Below are positions 51,871-64,000 of a stretch of 64,000 bases of DNA, one piece after another. The notes under the pieces were generated by a model. That model worked only from the letters and a program-made list of their open reading frames with translations, made no database searches and had not been told where the DNA came from. Source of the stretch: Ylistrum balloti (lineage: Eukaryota); NCBI RefSeq assembly GCF_031769215.1, contig NW_026782834.1:248001-312000 (forward strand), given 5' to 3'. Position 1 is the first letter of the stretch, and every line of letters starts with the position of its first letter. Position numbers and translations under genes: made by a program.

Positions 51871-53344
51871 TTAAAAATATTCCACTATCTGGTTGCACTT
51901 TCAGAGTAGCGTGATTGTTGTTAAATACTTTGCTCTGTCAAAATAGCTAAGATCACACTACTAACCTCTAAATATCAAAGAGGAAAGTTGCTTTACCATG
52001 ACGGAACACCTTTTTCAGCTCATTGCCTTGGTTGATCTAAAAATACATGACTAATGACAACAGGTAAATGTGCATTCAGAGTCACCGTGTCTAAATATAG
52101 ATAATGTACATCCTGAATGTGGTGTGTTTACCTTGTGTGTCACCAGTGATATTGCGCATAAAGCTAGGAAATGAACATGAGAAGGCCAAAAACAATCAAT
52201 TCAACTTCTGGATTACTCCTTAGTTTGTAGCATTTTATAATCCCCAACATTTTGAACATTGAGATGACATTTTAGTATGCCTTCAACACTATGATGTAGT
52301 AGTACTCTACATCACTAATACTACTATGTAACTCATCGCATGCATTAATTAACACCTAAGATAGTATATCAGGTTTTTTCCTGTAATCACTGCAATGCAT
52401 ATTAATATCAATAATTTAATAAAATGGCACTCACCTCCAGAATAAGTTTATTGAAAAAGTATATTGCAATAAAAACAATTGTGATGTCAGCAGCTGAAAT
52501 CGAACATTCAACTTCATGAAAATATAGCTAGGTGGGGGTAATGGCTAACATCTATGATATGCACTGCTCATGCACTGCTGTAGATATTGTCAACATTTTA
52601 ATCATAAATTTAAGATTGAAAGCATAAGCACTTAACTCTTTAGCCCCATTTTGATTTTTTAATCTTTTGGTATCAGTGCACACTTCTACCAAATTCTGAG
52701 GAAAGAATTTAAGTTTTATGTGATAACACTAGATAAGGTGTTGGTACATGTGTTTGTGCTGTGTGTCAAAATTGCATTTGGAGCCAGAGAAACTCCAATA
52801 TATTTGTGCATATTGCTTAAGGAAGACACTTTGACGATCTGTGAAAAACAACACACAATACATATCAAAGATAATTTTTCTGTAGTTAGCATTTGAAATT
52901 AGCTACCTGAATTTGATGAAATAGAACATTAACTTTTCCATTTTATTTGTTGAATCAGGCAAATAAGTTCCTCTATATCAACAGCAGTACCTTAACCATA
53001 CTACAGGAATTAACGAACATTCTCAACATGTATCCTCAGTATATATTCACAGAGATGGTAAGAAAGCCAACAATCGAATAATTTTTTATGAAACGTGACG
53101 TTTGACTGTAACATTGTAAACCTCTGGCTACTTTTGGAATAAGAAATGGAGAATAATCTTTATACAATTTTTTGAAAGTGTAAAATAAATCTTTTTTCTA
53201 AGTAATAGTTTCAAAATTATAGTCCAGAAGGCAGTTTACACAACAAATGGTCACAAACAGAAAGCATAACTCTTTCAAAATGGTCACAAACAATACTGAA
53301 ACCCATAAGCATAATATGAGTACGTGACTATGACAAATTCAACA

Positions 53345-53590
53345 GACAAGAAAGTATTCTCTAAATGTACTGAGGGTCAATTCAAGAAATCTTCTCTAAT
53401 TGAGGGTCAATTTACCAAACAACAAATAGTCACTGAATGTACCGAAGGTGTGTCCGCCAAACAACAAATCTTCATCAAATTTACTGAAGGTCAATTCACC
53501 ATACAACAAATACTCTCTAATTATACTATGGATCAATTTACTACACAAGAACTAGTATCTAAATGTACGGAGGTTCAATTCTCCATAATC
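53345..53590. repeat. Degenerate 42-bp tandem repeat, about 6 copies
   Basis: TACTGAGGGTCAATT-like cores recur, and ORF 53324-53599 shows 14-aa periodicity. Confidence 0.75.
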
Positions 53591-54109
53591 GTATTCTGAA
53601 AATGTACAGTAATTGTGAAAAAACATGTGTTAACAGTATTTAAAACAAAGCAAATAAACCTCATGCAAATATGAAATCGGCTACAAAGGCTGGTAAAGCA
53701 CATACTGTTTTATATTTATTGTCAACAAATTGGAAACACTCTCTGAACAAACAATAATTCCAAAAAGATAAACAAATCCTAAACACACCCAAAATGTACT
53801 ATATTGTCATATCATTAAGAATCTTTCACAAACTTGTTGTGGGCTGCATCAGCTGTTTAATAGATCAATGACTACATGGAAGACTGTACCGCATATACTG
53901 CCTTTTGTAATGCACATCTATAGTGGAGCAGGCAGCTCCACTCACCAATAGTCATTTCCAATCAGGAAAATAATCTACACAGAAATCAATTCTGTCCTAA
54001 TCCTGTTTACAGATCCAATACACAGCTTCACCAATGAGATTCTATGACCTATCAAACAAAGTAGTTCTGTACCAGTAATTTTCTGAATAAAGGCTGATTT
54101 ATATGCCTG

Positions 54110-55030
54110 TCTACCAAACCTGTCTATACCAACCAATATTTATAAAAAGGAAATATGCAGATGATCAATACCTGTCAATAGCAAACTTACTGACCAATAT
54201 CTGTCTATAGCAAGCATACCAAACAAAATCTGTCTAGCATACATACCAACCAACATCTGTCTACAACAAACTTACCGACCAAAATCTGTCTATAGCAAGC
54301 ATACCAACCAAAATCTGTCTATAACAAACTTACCGACCAACATCTGTCTATTGCAAACATACCAGCAAATATCTGTTTACAGAAAACATACCGACAAATA
54401 TCTGTCTACAAAAAACATACTGACAAATATCTGTCTACAGAGAACATACTGACAAACATCTGTCTACAGAAAACATACTGACAAATATCTGTCTACAGAG
54501 AACATACTGACAAACATCTGTCTACAGAGAACATACTGACAAACATCTGTCTACAGAAAACATACTGACAAATATCCATCTACAGAGAACATACTGACAA
54601 ATATCCGTCTACAGAAAACATACTGACAAATATCCGTCTACAGAAAACATACTGACAAATATCTGTAAACAGAGAACATACTGACAAATATCTGTAAACA
54701 GAGAACAAACTGACAAATATCTGTAAACAGAAAACATACTGACAAATATCTGTCTACAGAAAACATACTGACAAATATCTGTCTACAGAAAACATAATGA
54801 CAAATATCTGTCTACAGAAAACATACTGACAAATATCTGTCTACAGAAAACATACTGACAAATATCTGTCTACAGAAAACATACCGACAAATATCTGTCT
54901 GTAGCAAACATATTGACAAATATCTGTCTACAGAAAACATATTGACAAATATCTGTCTACAGAAAACATACCGACAAATATCTGTCTACAGAAAACATAC
55001 TGACAAATATCTGTCTATTACAAACATACC
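54110..55030. repeat. 29-bp minisatellite (CTGACAAATATCTGTCTACAGAAAACATA), about 30 copies including a degenerate left flank
   Basis: Directly visible tandem copies. Confidence 0.95.
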
Positions 55031-55616
55031 TTCATTATTTGTCTTTGGCAAACCAAAGAGGTTTGGGGATGGGTTGAAATTTATCTTCAGCATTACAAGA
55101 CATGATACTTGACCAACTGCACTAGCTATGAAGTCTAAACAGTAACATATAGACCATTCCAGTAATTATAAGGTTTAGTGTTGGCCAACTGTTCAGGAGG
55201 TGTTGAGGGTTTGACAACTGCACTGTCTTGAGTCCAGGAACAGTGTTTGACAGCTTTGTGAATGAAAAGTCTAGTCATGTGATCATGAACAGTCAATGAC
55301 ATTCAAGTGGTTTAAAGGTCTATAGCTTTTGACAGTCAAATTGGTCAGATGGTCGATAGTATTTCACATCATTTTAAATCTTGTGTTGTAATAGGTGCAG
55401 GGATACTCAAGATATAAGCAGCAACAAGCATTCAGATTCTAAATAGCAGTCTTCAATAATGCATAATTGTAACACTGCCATATGTATTGGAATACATAAA
55501 GTCTTTCCTATTGATTGGTTTTACCAGTTATCTGAACTCATACAAGTTCATACAACAGAACTTCTATTTTGGAAGACAGTAGTATGTATCATTGCCACCA
55601 ATATAACTGAAAATAC

Positions 55617-57545
55617 AAAACCTGGACACTACACCATACACACTCGTCCATACTCATCTAGTCTATATAAAACCAGGACACTACACCATACACACTCGTC
55701 CATACTCATCTAGTCTATATAAAACCAGGACACTACACCATACACACTCGTCCGTACTCATCTAGTCTATATAAAACCAGGACACTACACCATACATCTA
55801 GTCTATATAAAACCAGGACACTACACCATACACACTCGTCCGTACTCATCTAGTCTATATAAAACCAGGACACTACACCATACACACTCGTCCATACTCA
55901 TCTAGTCTATATAAAACCAGGACACTACACCATACACACTCGTCCATACTCATCTAGTCTATATAAAACCAGGACACTACACCATACACACTCGTCCATA
56001 CTCATCTAGTCTATATAAAACCAGGACACTACACCATACACACTCGTCCATACTCATCTAGTCTATATAAAACCAGGACACTACACCATACACACTCGTC
56101 CATACTCATCTAGTCTATATAAAACCAGGACACTACACCATACACACTCGTCCATACTCATCTAGTCTATATAAAACCAGGACACTACACCATACACACT
56201 CGTCCATACTCATCTAGTCTATATAAAACCAGGACACTACACCATACACACTCGTCCATACTCATCTAGTCTATATAAAACCAGGACACTACACCATACA
56301 CACTCGTCCGTACTCATCTAGTCTATATAAAACCAGGACACTACACCATACACACTCGTCCATACTCATCTAGTCTATATAAAACCAGGACACTACACCA
56401 TACACACTCGTCCATACTCATCTAGTCTATATAAAACCAGGACACTACACCATACACACTCGTCCATACTCATCTAGTCTATATAAAACCAGGACACTAC
56501 ACCATACACACTCGTCCATACTCATCTAGTCTATATAAAACCAGGACACTACACCATACACACTCGTCCATACTCATCTAGTCTATATAAAACCAGGACA
56601 CTACACCATACACACTCGTCCATACTCATCTAGTCTATATAAAACCAGGACACTACACCATACACACTCGTCCATACTCATCTAGTCTATATAAAACCAG
56701 GACACTACGCCATACACACTCGTCCATACTCATCTAGTCTATATAAAACCAGGACACTACGCCATACACACTCGTCCATACTCATCTAGTCTATATAAAA
56801 CCAGGACACTACGCCATACACACTCGTCCATACTCATCTAGTCTATATAAAACCAGGACACTACACCATACACACACTCGTCCATACTCATCTAGTCTAT
56901 ATAAAACCAGGACACTACACCATACACACTCGTCCATACTCATCTAGTCTATATAAAACCAGGACACTACACCATACACACTCGTCCATACTCATCTAGT
57001 CTATATAAAACCAGGACACTACACCATACACACTCGTCCATACTCATCTAGTCTATATAAAACCAGGACACTACACCATACACACTCGTCCATACTCATC
57101 TAGTCTATATAAAACCAGGACACTACACCATACACACTCGTCCATACTCATCTAGTCTATATAAAACCAGGACACTACACCATACACACTCGTCCATACT
57201 CATCTAGTCTATATAAAACCAGGACACTACACCATACACACTCGTCCATACTCATCTAGTCTATATAAAACCAGGACACTACGCCATACACACTCGTCCA
57301 TACTCATCTAGTCTATATAAAACCAGGACACTACACCATACACACTCGTCCATACTCATCTAGTCTATATAAAACCAGGACACTACACCATACCTAGTCT
57401 ATATAAAACCACTACACCATACACACTCGTCCATACTCATCTAGTCTATATAAAACCAGGACACTACACCATACACACTCGTCCATACTCATCTAGTCTA
57501 TATAAAACCAGGACACTACACCATACACATTAGACCATACTCACT
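55617..57545. repeat. 52-bp minisatellite (AAAACCAGGACACTACACCATACACACTCGTCCATACTCATCTAGTCTATAT), about 37 highly homogeneous copies
   Basis: GGACA recurs at 55624, 55676 and onward. There are very few variants and a few internally deleted units (about 55790 and 57390-57410). Confidence 0.97.
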
Positions 57546-58467
57546 TAGTCAACAAAAAACCTGCACACTATTCTATATATACTAATTCATGCTCATTTAG
57601 TCAACACATGAACTGTACATTGCACATAGAAGATATGGTAACACCTACCTGTTCCACACTGATGTACTTTCACGATGAGGCTTTCAGAGATTTGACTGCT
57701 ATTAGAGATCTGATTAAAAGTCTTGGAGCATTTGCCAATATGTACAAGAATTAGTTTCCAGCATCAGGTAGAATATCGCAACTGCCTCGGCAGTGGTGTG
57801 TGCAGATGTCTATACACCTGTAGGGCTGCTGACTTTGGGATGAATGGACAAAGATAGAGGAGGTTCACAACAGACAGCTGAATCACTGGTATTCCAATGT
57901 ACTGTTCTGCTATATATAAACAACTTCCTGTTTCTGGAAGTCCACAATCAACCTTGCTATGCAAGAATCAGAAACACTGATAATTACATCACTATTTCAT
58001 AGACCTTAAATCCATATTATTATAAACATCCATAACCAGATTTAGTGTTAAAACACTTGCCAACAATCTTTAAATAAAATGTGAAAATTTTAACAGAAAT
58101 TATCTCAACTTCACAGATATCCTCTAACTAAAAAACAGCTCCAAATCAATATTGGAAGTTCAAAATATCTCCCTTAAGCTGGAGCTATTTCTAGTAGTGA
58201 AGAATGGGATAAAAAAATTACTGACTCCAAAAGCCATTTCAAGTTATTAAAGCAAAAGAGAAAAGAGTTTGAAATGCTATTCTCAGCTTCAAGTCGATGA
58301 TAAAATATATATACATCTGAGTGGTGTAACATAAACATATGAACAGACACAGCTTCAATATCAGTTAACCAGTAATTTTAAGTACCTATTTTACTGCAAA
58401 TAAGACCTTTTATCAATGTAAAAATATTAACTGAAAGTAGACAGGGTATAAATTTGCACACTTGCTT

Positions 58468-60325
58468 AGGTGTCAGTATCACAGGAGACAGTAACCTGGA
58501 TATGTGTCAGGATTACAGGAGACAGTAACCAGGCTATGTGTCAGGATCACAGGAAACAGTAACCTGGATATGTGTCAGTATCACAGGAGACAGTAACCTG
58601 GATATGTGTCAGTATCACAGGAGACAGTAACCTGGCTATGTGTCAGGATCACAGGAAACAGTAACCTGGATATGTGTCAGGATTACAGGAGACAGTAACC
58701 TGGCTATGTGTCAGGATCACAGGAGACAATAACCTGGCTATGTGTCAGGATCACAGGAAACAGTAACCTGGATATGTGTCAGGATCACAGGAGACAATAA
58801 CCTGGCTATGTGTCAGGATCACAGGAGACAATAACCTGGCTATGTGTCAGGATCACAGGAGACAATAACCTGGCTATGTGTCAGGATCACAGAAAACAGT
58901 AACCTGGATATGTGTCAGGATTACAGGAGATAGTAACATGGCTATGTGTCAGGATCAGAGGAGACAGTAACCAGGCTTTGTGTCAGGATCACAGGAGACA
59001 GTAACCAGTGTATGTGTCAGGATGACAAGAGACAGTAACCAGGCTATGTGTCAGGATCACAGGAGACAATAACCTGGCTATGTGTCAGGATTACAGAAGA
59101 AAGTAACCTGGATATGTGTCAGGATTACAGGAGACAGTAACCTGGCTAGGTGTCAGGATTACAGGAAACAGTAACCTGGCTAGGTGTCAGGATCACAGGA
59201 AACAGTAACCTGGCTAGGTGTCAGGATCAGAGGAGACAGTAACCTGGCTAGGTGTCAGGATCAGAGGAGACAGTAACCTGGCTAAGTGCCAGTATCACAG
59301 GAGACAGTAACCTGAGTATGTGTCAGGATTACAGGAGACAGTAACCTGGCTAGGTGTCAGGATTACAGGAAACAGTAACCTGGCTAGGTGTCAGGATCAC
59401 AGGAAACAGTAACCTGGCTAGGTGTCAGGATCAGAGGAGACAGTAACCTGGCTAGGTGTCAGGATCAGAGGAGACAGTAACCTGGCTAAGTGCCAGTATC
59501 ACAGGAGACAGTAACCTGAGCATGTGTCAGGATTACAGGAGACAGTAACCTGGCTATGTGTCAGGATCACAGGAAACAGTAACCTGGCTAGGTGTCAGGA
59601 TCAGAGGAGACAGTAACCTGGCTAAGTGCCAGTATCACAGGAGACAGTAACCTGAGTATGTGTCAGGTTCACAGGAAACAGTAACCTGGATATGTGTCAG
59701 GATTACAGGAGACAGTAATCTGGCTATGTGTCAGGATCACAGGAGACAGTAACCTATGTGTCAGGATCACAAGAAACAGTAACATGGCTATGTGTCAGGA
59801 TCAGAGGAGACAGTAACCTGAGTAAGTGTCAGAATCAGAGGAGACAGTAACATGGCTATGTGTCAGGATCACAGGAAACAGTAACCTGGCTAGGTGTCAG
59901 GATCAGAGGAGACAGTAACCTGGCTAAGTGCCAGTATCACAGGAGACAGTAACCTGAGTATGTGTCAGGTTCACAGGAAACAGTAACCTGGATATGTGTC
60001 AGGATTACAGGAGACAGTAATCTGGCTATGTGTCAGGATCACAGGAGACAGTAACCTGGCTAGGTGTCAGGTTCACAGGAAACAGTAACCTGGCTAGGTG
60101 TCAGGTTCACAGGAAACAGTAACCTGGCTAGGTGTTTGGTTCACAGGAAACAGTAACCTGGCTATGTGTCAGGATCAGAGGAGACAGTAACCTCAGTATG
60201 TGTCAGGATCAGAGGAGACAGTAGCCAGGGTATGTGTCAGGATTACAGGAGACAGTAGCCAGGGTATGTGTCAGGATCACAAGAGACAGTAACCTGGCTA
60301 TGTGTCAGGATTACAAGAGAAAATA
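58468..60325. repeat. 34-bp minisatellite (TGTGTCAGGATCACAGGAGACAGTAACCTGGCTA), about 55 copies
   Basis: TGTGTCAG recurs at 58503, 58537 and onward, with many recurring variant units. Confidence 0.97.
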
Positions 60326-61039
60326 CCCTGAGTAGAAACCAAATTAGCCAATATTGGTAGTTCATTCTATTCTTTAAAACTGTAAAATATCTATCAGTGT
60401 TCAGAATATGCCACTGGTTCCTTATCATATTCTTAGACTCCACCTCAAAATGATCCCGGCTGTTCATGCAGTCAAAAAACCCAGCACACAAGTATTCTTA
60501 TAATTACCATAGATTCTTTAAATTAATAAAAAGATATTCATAATGTTGTAAAGTAATCAAGGTACACACTGTGATGGTAAAGACAACATATATCTATCTG
60601 TACAGACCTGTTTCAAAAACCTGACAATATATTGAAGTAGACAAGACCAAATAAGGCAGAGAACCGTTATCTAGTTGTTAGCCATACACAACCATCTAGC
60701 AAGTGACCTTGACAGAGACATGTAAACACACAATTGTGTTAGAAGTAAAGGTGAGTCATCATTATGGATATATATATTAATAAGTCTCAGCCTTACACAG
60801 CTGCCACATGTATGGATCTGGACTGAATGCACTGATGTATGTATACATACACACAAATACATCCAGCAAACATCATTTCATAACAATTTAGTTTCCTCAT
60901 AAAAAAATCAAGCAAAATCAATATGGTAGAGTATCTGTTTACTGTGTGTATTAAATCACCACCATTACTCTCAAAACAATGTTGGCAAAGTAAATATTTC
61001 CGAAGCATCCATGTCTCTTCAAAATTAGTAAGGAAAACA

Positions 61040-61645
61040 TACCACAACCTTCCTACACTCCTTAACATTAAATAGAGGACAGCATATCACAGTCTTCCCT
61101 CTTTCCTCAACATTAAATAGAGGACAGTATATCACAGTCTTCCCTCTTTCCTCAACATTAAATAGAGGACAGCATATCACAACCTTCCCTGTCTCCAAAC
61201 ATTAAATAAGGATGACATATCACAACCTTCCCTCTCTCTCAACATTAAATAAGGATGACATATCACAACCTTCCCTCTCTCTCAACATTAATTAAAGGAT
61301 GGCATATCACAACCTTCCCTCTCTCTCAACATTAAATAAAGGATGACATATCACAGCCTTCCCTCTCTCTCAACATTCAATAGAAGCCAGCATATTACAA
61401 CCTTCCCTCTCTCTCAACATCAAATAGAGGACAGCATATTACAACCTTCCCTCTCTCTCGACATCAAATAAGGATGACATATCACAACCTTCCCTCTCTC
61501 CCGACATTAAATAAGGATGACATATCACCTTCCCTCTCTCTCAACATCAAATAGAGGATAACACATCACAAGCCCCCCTTTCTCCTCAACATTAGATAGA
61601 ACATAATACACCCCAACCTTCCTACACTCCTTATGATCAACATTA
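61040..61645. repeat. 43-44-bp minisatellite (TCAACATTAAATAAGGATGACATATCACAACCTTCCCTCTCTC), about 13 copies
   Basis: ATTAAATAAG recurs at 61201, 61244 and onward. Confidence 0.93.
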
Positions 61646-64000
61646 AATAGAGAATAATGTTTCATGCCCTGGCATGAAAGACAATTATTTGACATAACAA
61701 GAATTGAAATGTCAAAACATAGAAATATCATAAAACATGTAATGATGTATTGTTGACAAATTTCAAATGTAATGATTCCTAACAAAGGTAAACTTTCAGT
61801 TTTAATTGGTAACTTTAGAGAGATATTTCTATAATCTCATATATGTTCTAGATGTCAAAAAAGTGCATTTTCTTAAGAGTGACAACCTAAGAGGAGAGAA
61901 CTCTAATCACAGAATTTGTCAGAAATCTATCTTTGCAGTCCAGATGCCAGAAGTAGATTATCAAACATTTCCAGCAAAGCATCTAATTTCTAATTCTATG
62001 AACTGTAACTGACACATACCCTGGCTTCTGTATATAGAATATAAAGGAATCCATTGTACTTCTGATTCCTGTTTGATAATTGAAACTCAAGGGCAGATAA
62101 CTATTTACAATACAAATCTTTCAAGGGAAATTGAATTGCCTCAGAATACAAACCAGTAGAATCTTATGTCCAACATTTTAATAAATTTTGACACTTAACA
62201 CCAATACTAGACAAGAAATCTTGAATGTTCTAACATTTTGACATATTTGTTAGACCAGATACACCCAAGGGTATATCAGTGCCTAAGTAACAACACAGGG
62301 AAACAGCTGGTGAAGTTACCACTGTACTCGGTCACCAACTAGAAGTGCCTTGCCATGCCCTCAGTGTGAGAGAAGTAGTATTGTTATGATTCATTCCTTT
62401 TTGACATTGTATTGATGGGGAAATGTGTGCTATCATACTGTTTAAAATGATAAAGTACCCAATGATTGATAAGACCATGTGTGTATTTGTAACACCACTA
62501 TACCAACTGCAGATCAATAGCTTTCCCATTGCTGTATACCTACAATGAAACAGACTTCATGGACAGTCTGACTCTAGCTGTAATCCATACTTACAGTACC
62601 CATTGACATGTGCTGTAATTCACGTCCAGAACAAGATGATTTAAGAGAAAAATTTGCCAGTACCAAGCTATACTTCATATATAGATAAAACAATTACTAT
62701 ATCATATAGTTCAACGCCACAATACAAAATGATGTGTTGCCAACCTTAAACTGCACAAATTCATCATCAGCAAACTTTCCCAGATATGTATTTCATTCAT
62801 TAAAACAATTACTGGTATATCTATTTCTTTCATTAGAAGACATTTGAATATTTTTCCATTATTCTAGTAAAAATATTTCCTTTATAGAGATGGTACCAAA
62901 TGTAAATTGGTGAATTTTCATAGGCCACCAAAATATTGTCAACCAATAGGTAAACTTATTTTCTCCACTCATACAAATATGGATTTAAATATTTTCCTTG
63001 AAGCACAACACATTGATCATATTTTTTATTGTTATTATTACTGAAAAAAACAGGTATCTGGTAAAATCAATTACAGAAAATATCCTCAAGCAAACATACC
63101 CGCTACTGAATCACCATAAGGTAAAATGATGTCTTTTACTGTAAACTCCTATTCATCCAAGGTTTGATTTTTTTTTTTTTTTTTGTCAGTCATTAATAGT
63201 ATGAGGTCACCTGCCCAACCATGTGAGTTTTCTGAGCAAACTGATTTCCTTCCACAGTAAAATTTCCAGGAGGCTTCCATCAGGGCCAACAAGAATGATA
63301 AATATAAGCTAATATAACTATTTGAAATGTTTTTTAATTAAGTTCATGTTATATAACTCCTTTCCTGAAGCATCTTCCACAGATTGTACAAAACAAACAC
63401 AAACTTTATATATCTCCTAAACCTGAAAATTTCTATGCCTTAACTGGCTTAAAATGATATATAGCCTTATTGATTCAAATGAGAAGTATTGATGCATAAC
63501 ATGGAATTTTCTCAGATACATGCATTGAATAACAGTCACATGTAGATATAGAAACACTAAACTGTTTTCACACTGCATTCAAAGGGCAGACAATATTAAC
63601 AGTACATGTGCAGCATGTTGTGAAATTGATGGACAGACCAGACACTTCTGCAATATTCATATCTGACCTCTAAACAAAGTTCAGAGTTTGCAAATGGAGG
63701 AGTTTGCAAAGGGTATTACATAAATTGGGACTTTCTTTGAGATAAAAGGGTCCTTTTGTAAATGTTAAGAACTGAATTCCTGAAAGTGCCAGGGATCTTT
63801 TTGCGATGGTTTAAACACAAACCCTAAAAGTTGCATTCCAGATAAACTCAGCAGACATATTTTCCGATTTTGTTATAATACAATGAAAACAAATAATAAT
63901 AGAATCAATCTACAAGAAAAAAAAGAACTTTTAACAGGTGATGTTTTCACTTACCAACAATTTAGCTAATCTTTCTTTGTTTTACAACCTTATAATGACA

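Noticed and set aside
57764-57790. In-frame TGA followed by Cys and continued open frame (possible selenocysteine)
   Set aside because: There is no homology to a selenoprotein, no SECIS was recognised, and the context is best explained as non-coding.
55617-60325. Regular arrays of 29-57-bp units that superficially resemble CRISPR arrays
   Set aside because: Units are head-to-tail with no unique spacers, there are no cas genes, and the context is a spliced eukaryotic gene.

Overview
This window is AT-rich eukaryotic (animal) genomic DNA. Its repeat and SINE/MITE style suggests a mollusc or bivalve (inference only). It is not prokaryotic, and I found no CRISPR array, operon, rRNA or intact tRNA. 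The one gene I can support is the 5' part of a DUSP8/DUSP16-family MAP-kinase phosphatase (MKP-7/puckered/VHP-1 type) on the minus strand. Three coding exons (44255-44097, 25194-25084, 17148-16968) splice in frame through GT-AG introns of 18.9 kb and 7.9 kb. They encode 150 aa: an acidic N-terminal extension plus the rhodanese/CH2 domain with its MAPK docking motif (CCSKLVKRRLQQ). I could not find the catalytic exons, so they probably lie left of position 1. About a fifth of the window (my rough sum is about 13 kb) consists of about 20 unrelated minisatellite arrays, plus a few decayed MITEs and tRNA-derived SINEs. Nearly all ORFs in the supplied track are spurious or arise from repeats. The most interesting signals are: (1) a concentration of AP-1 sites (TGA[C/G]TCA) in the first coding intron of this JNK phosphatase; (2) a uORF-loaded 5'UTR exon; (3) a possible alternative first exon; (4) satellites showing higher-order structure, a TATA box in every unit, or a shared CTGACA core. 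I see no firm evidence for a wholly new biological system.
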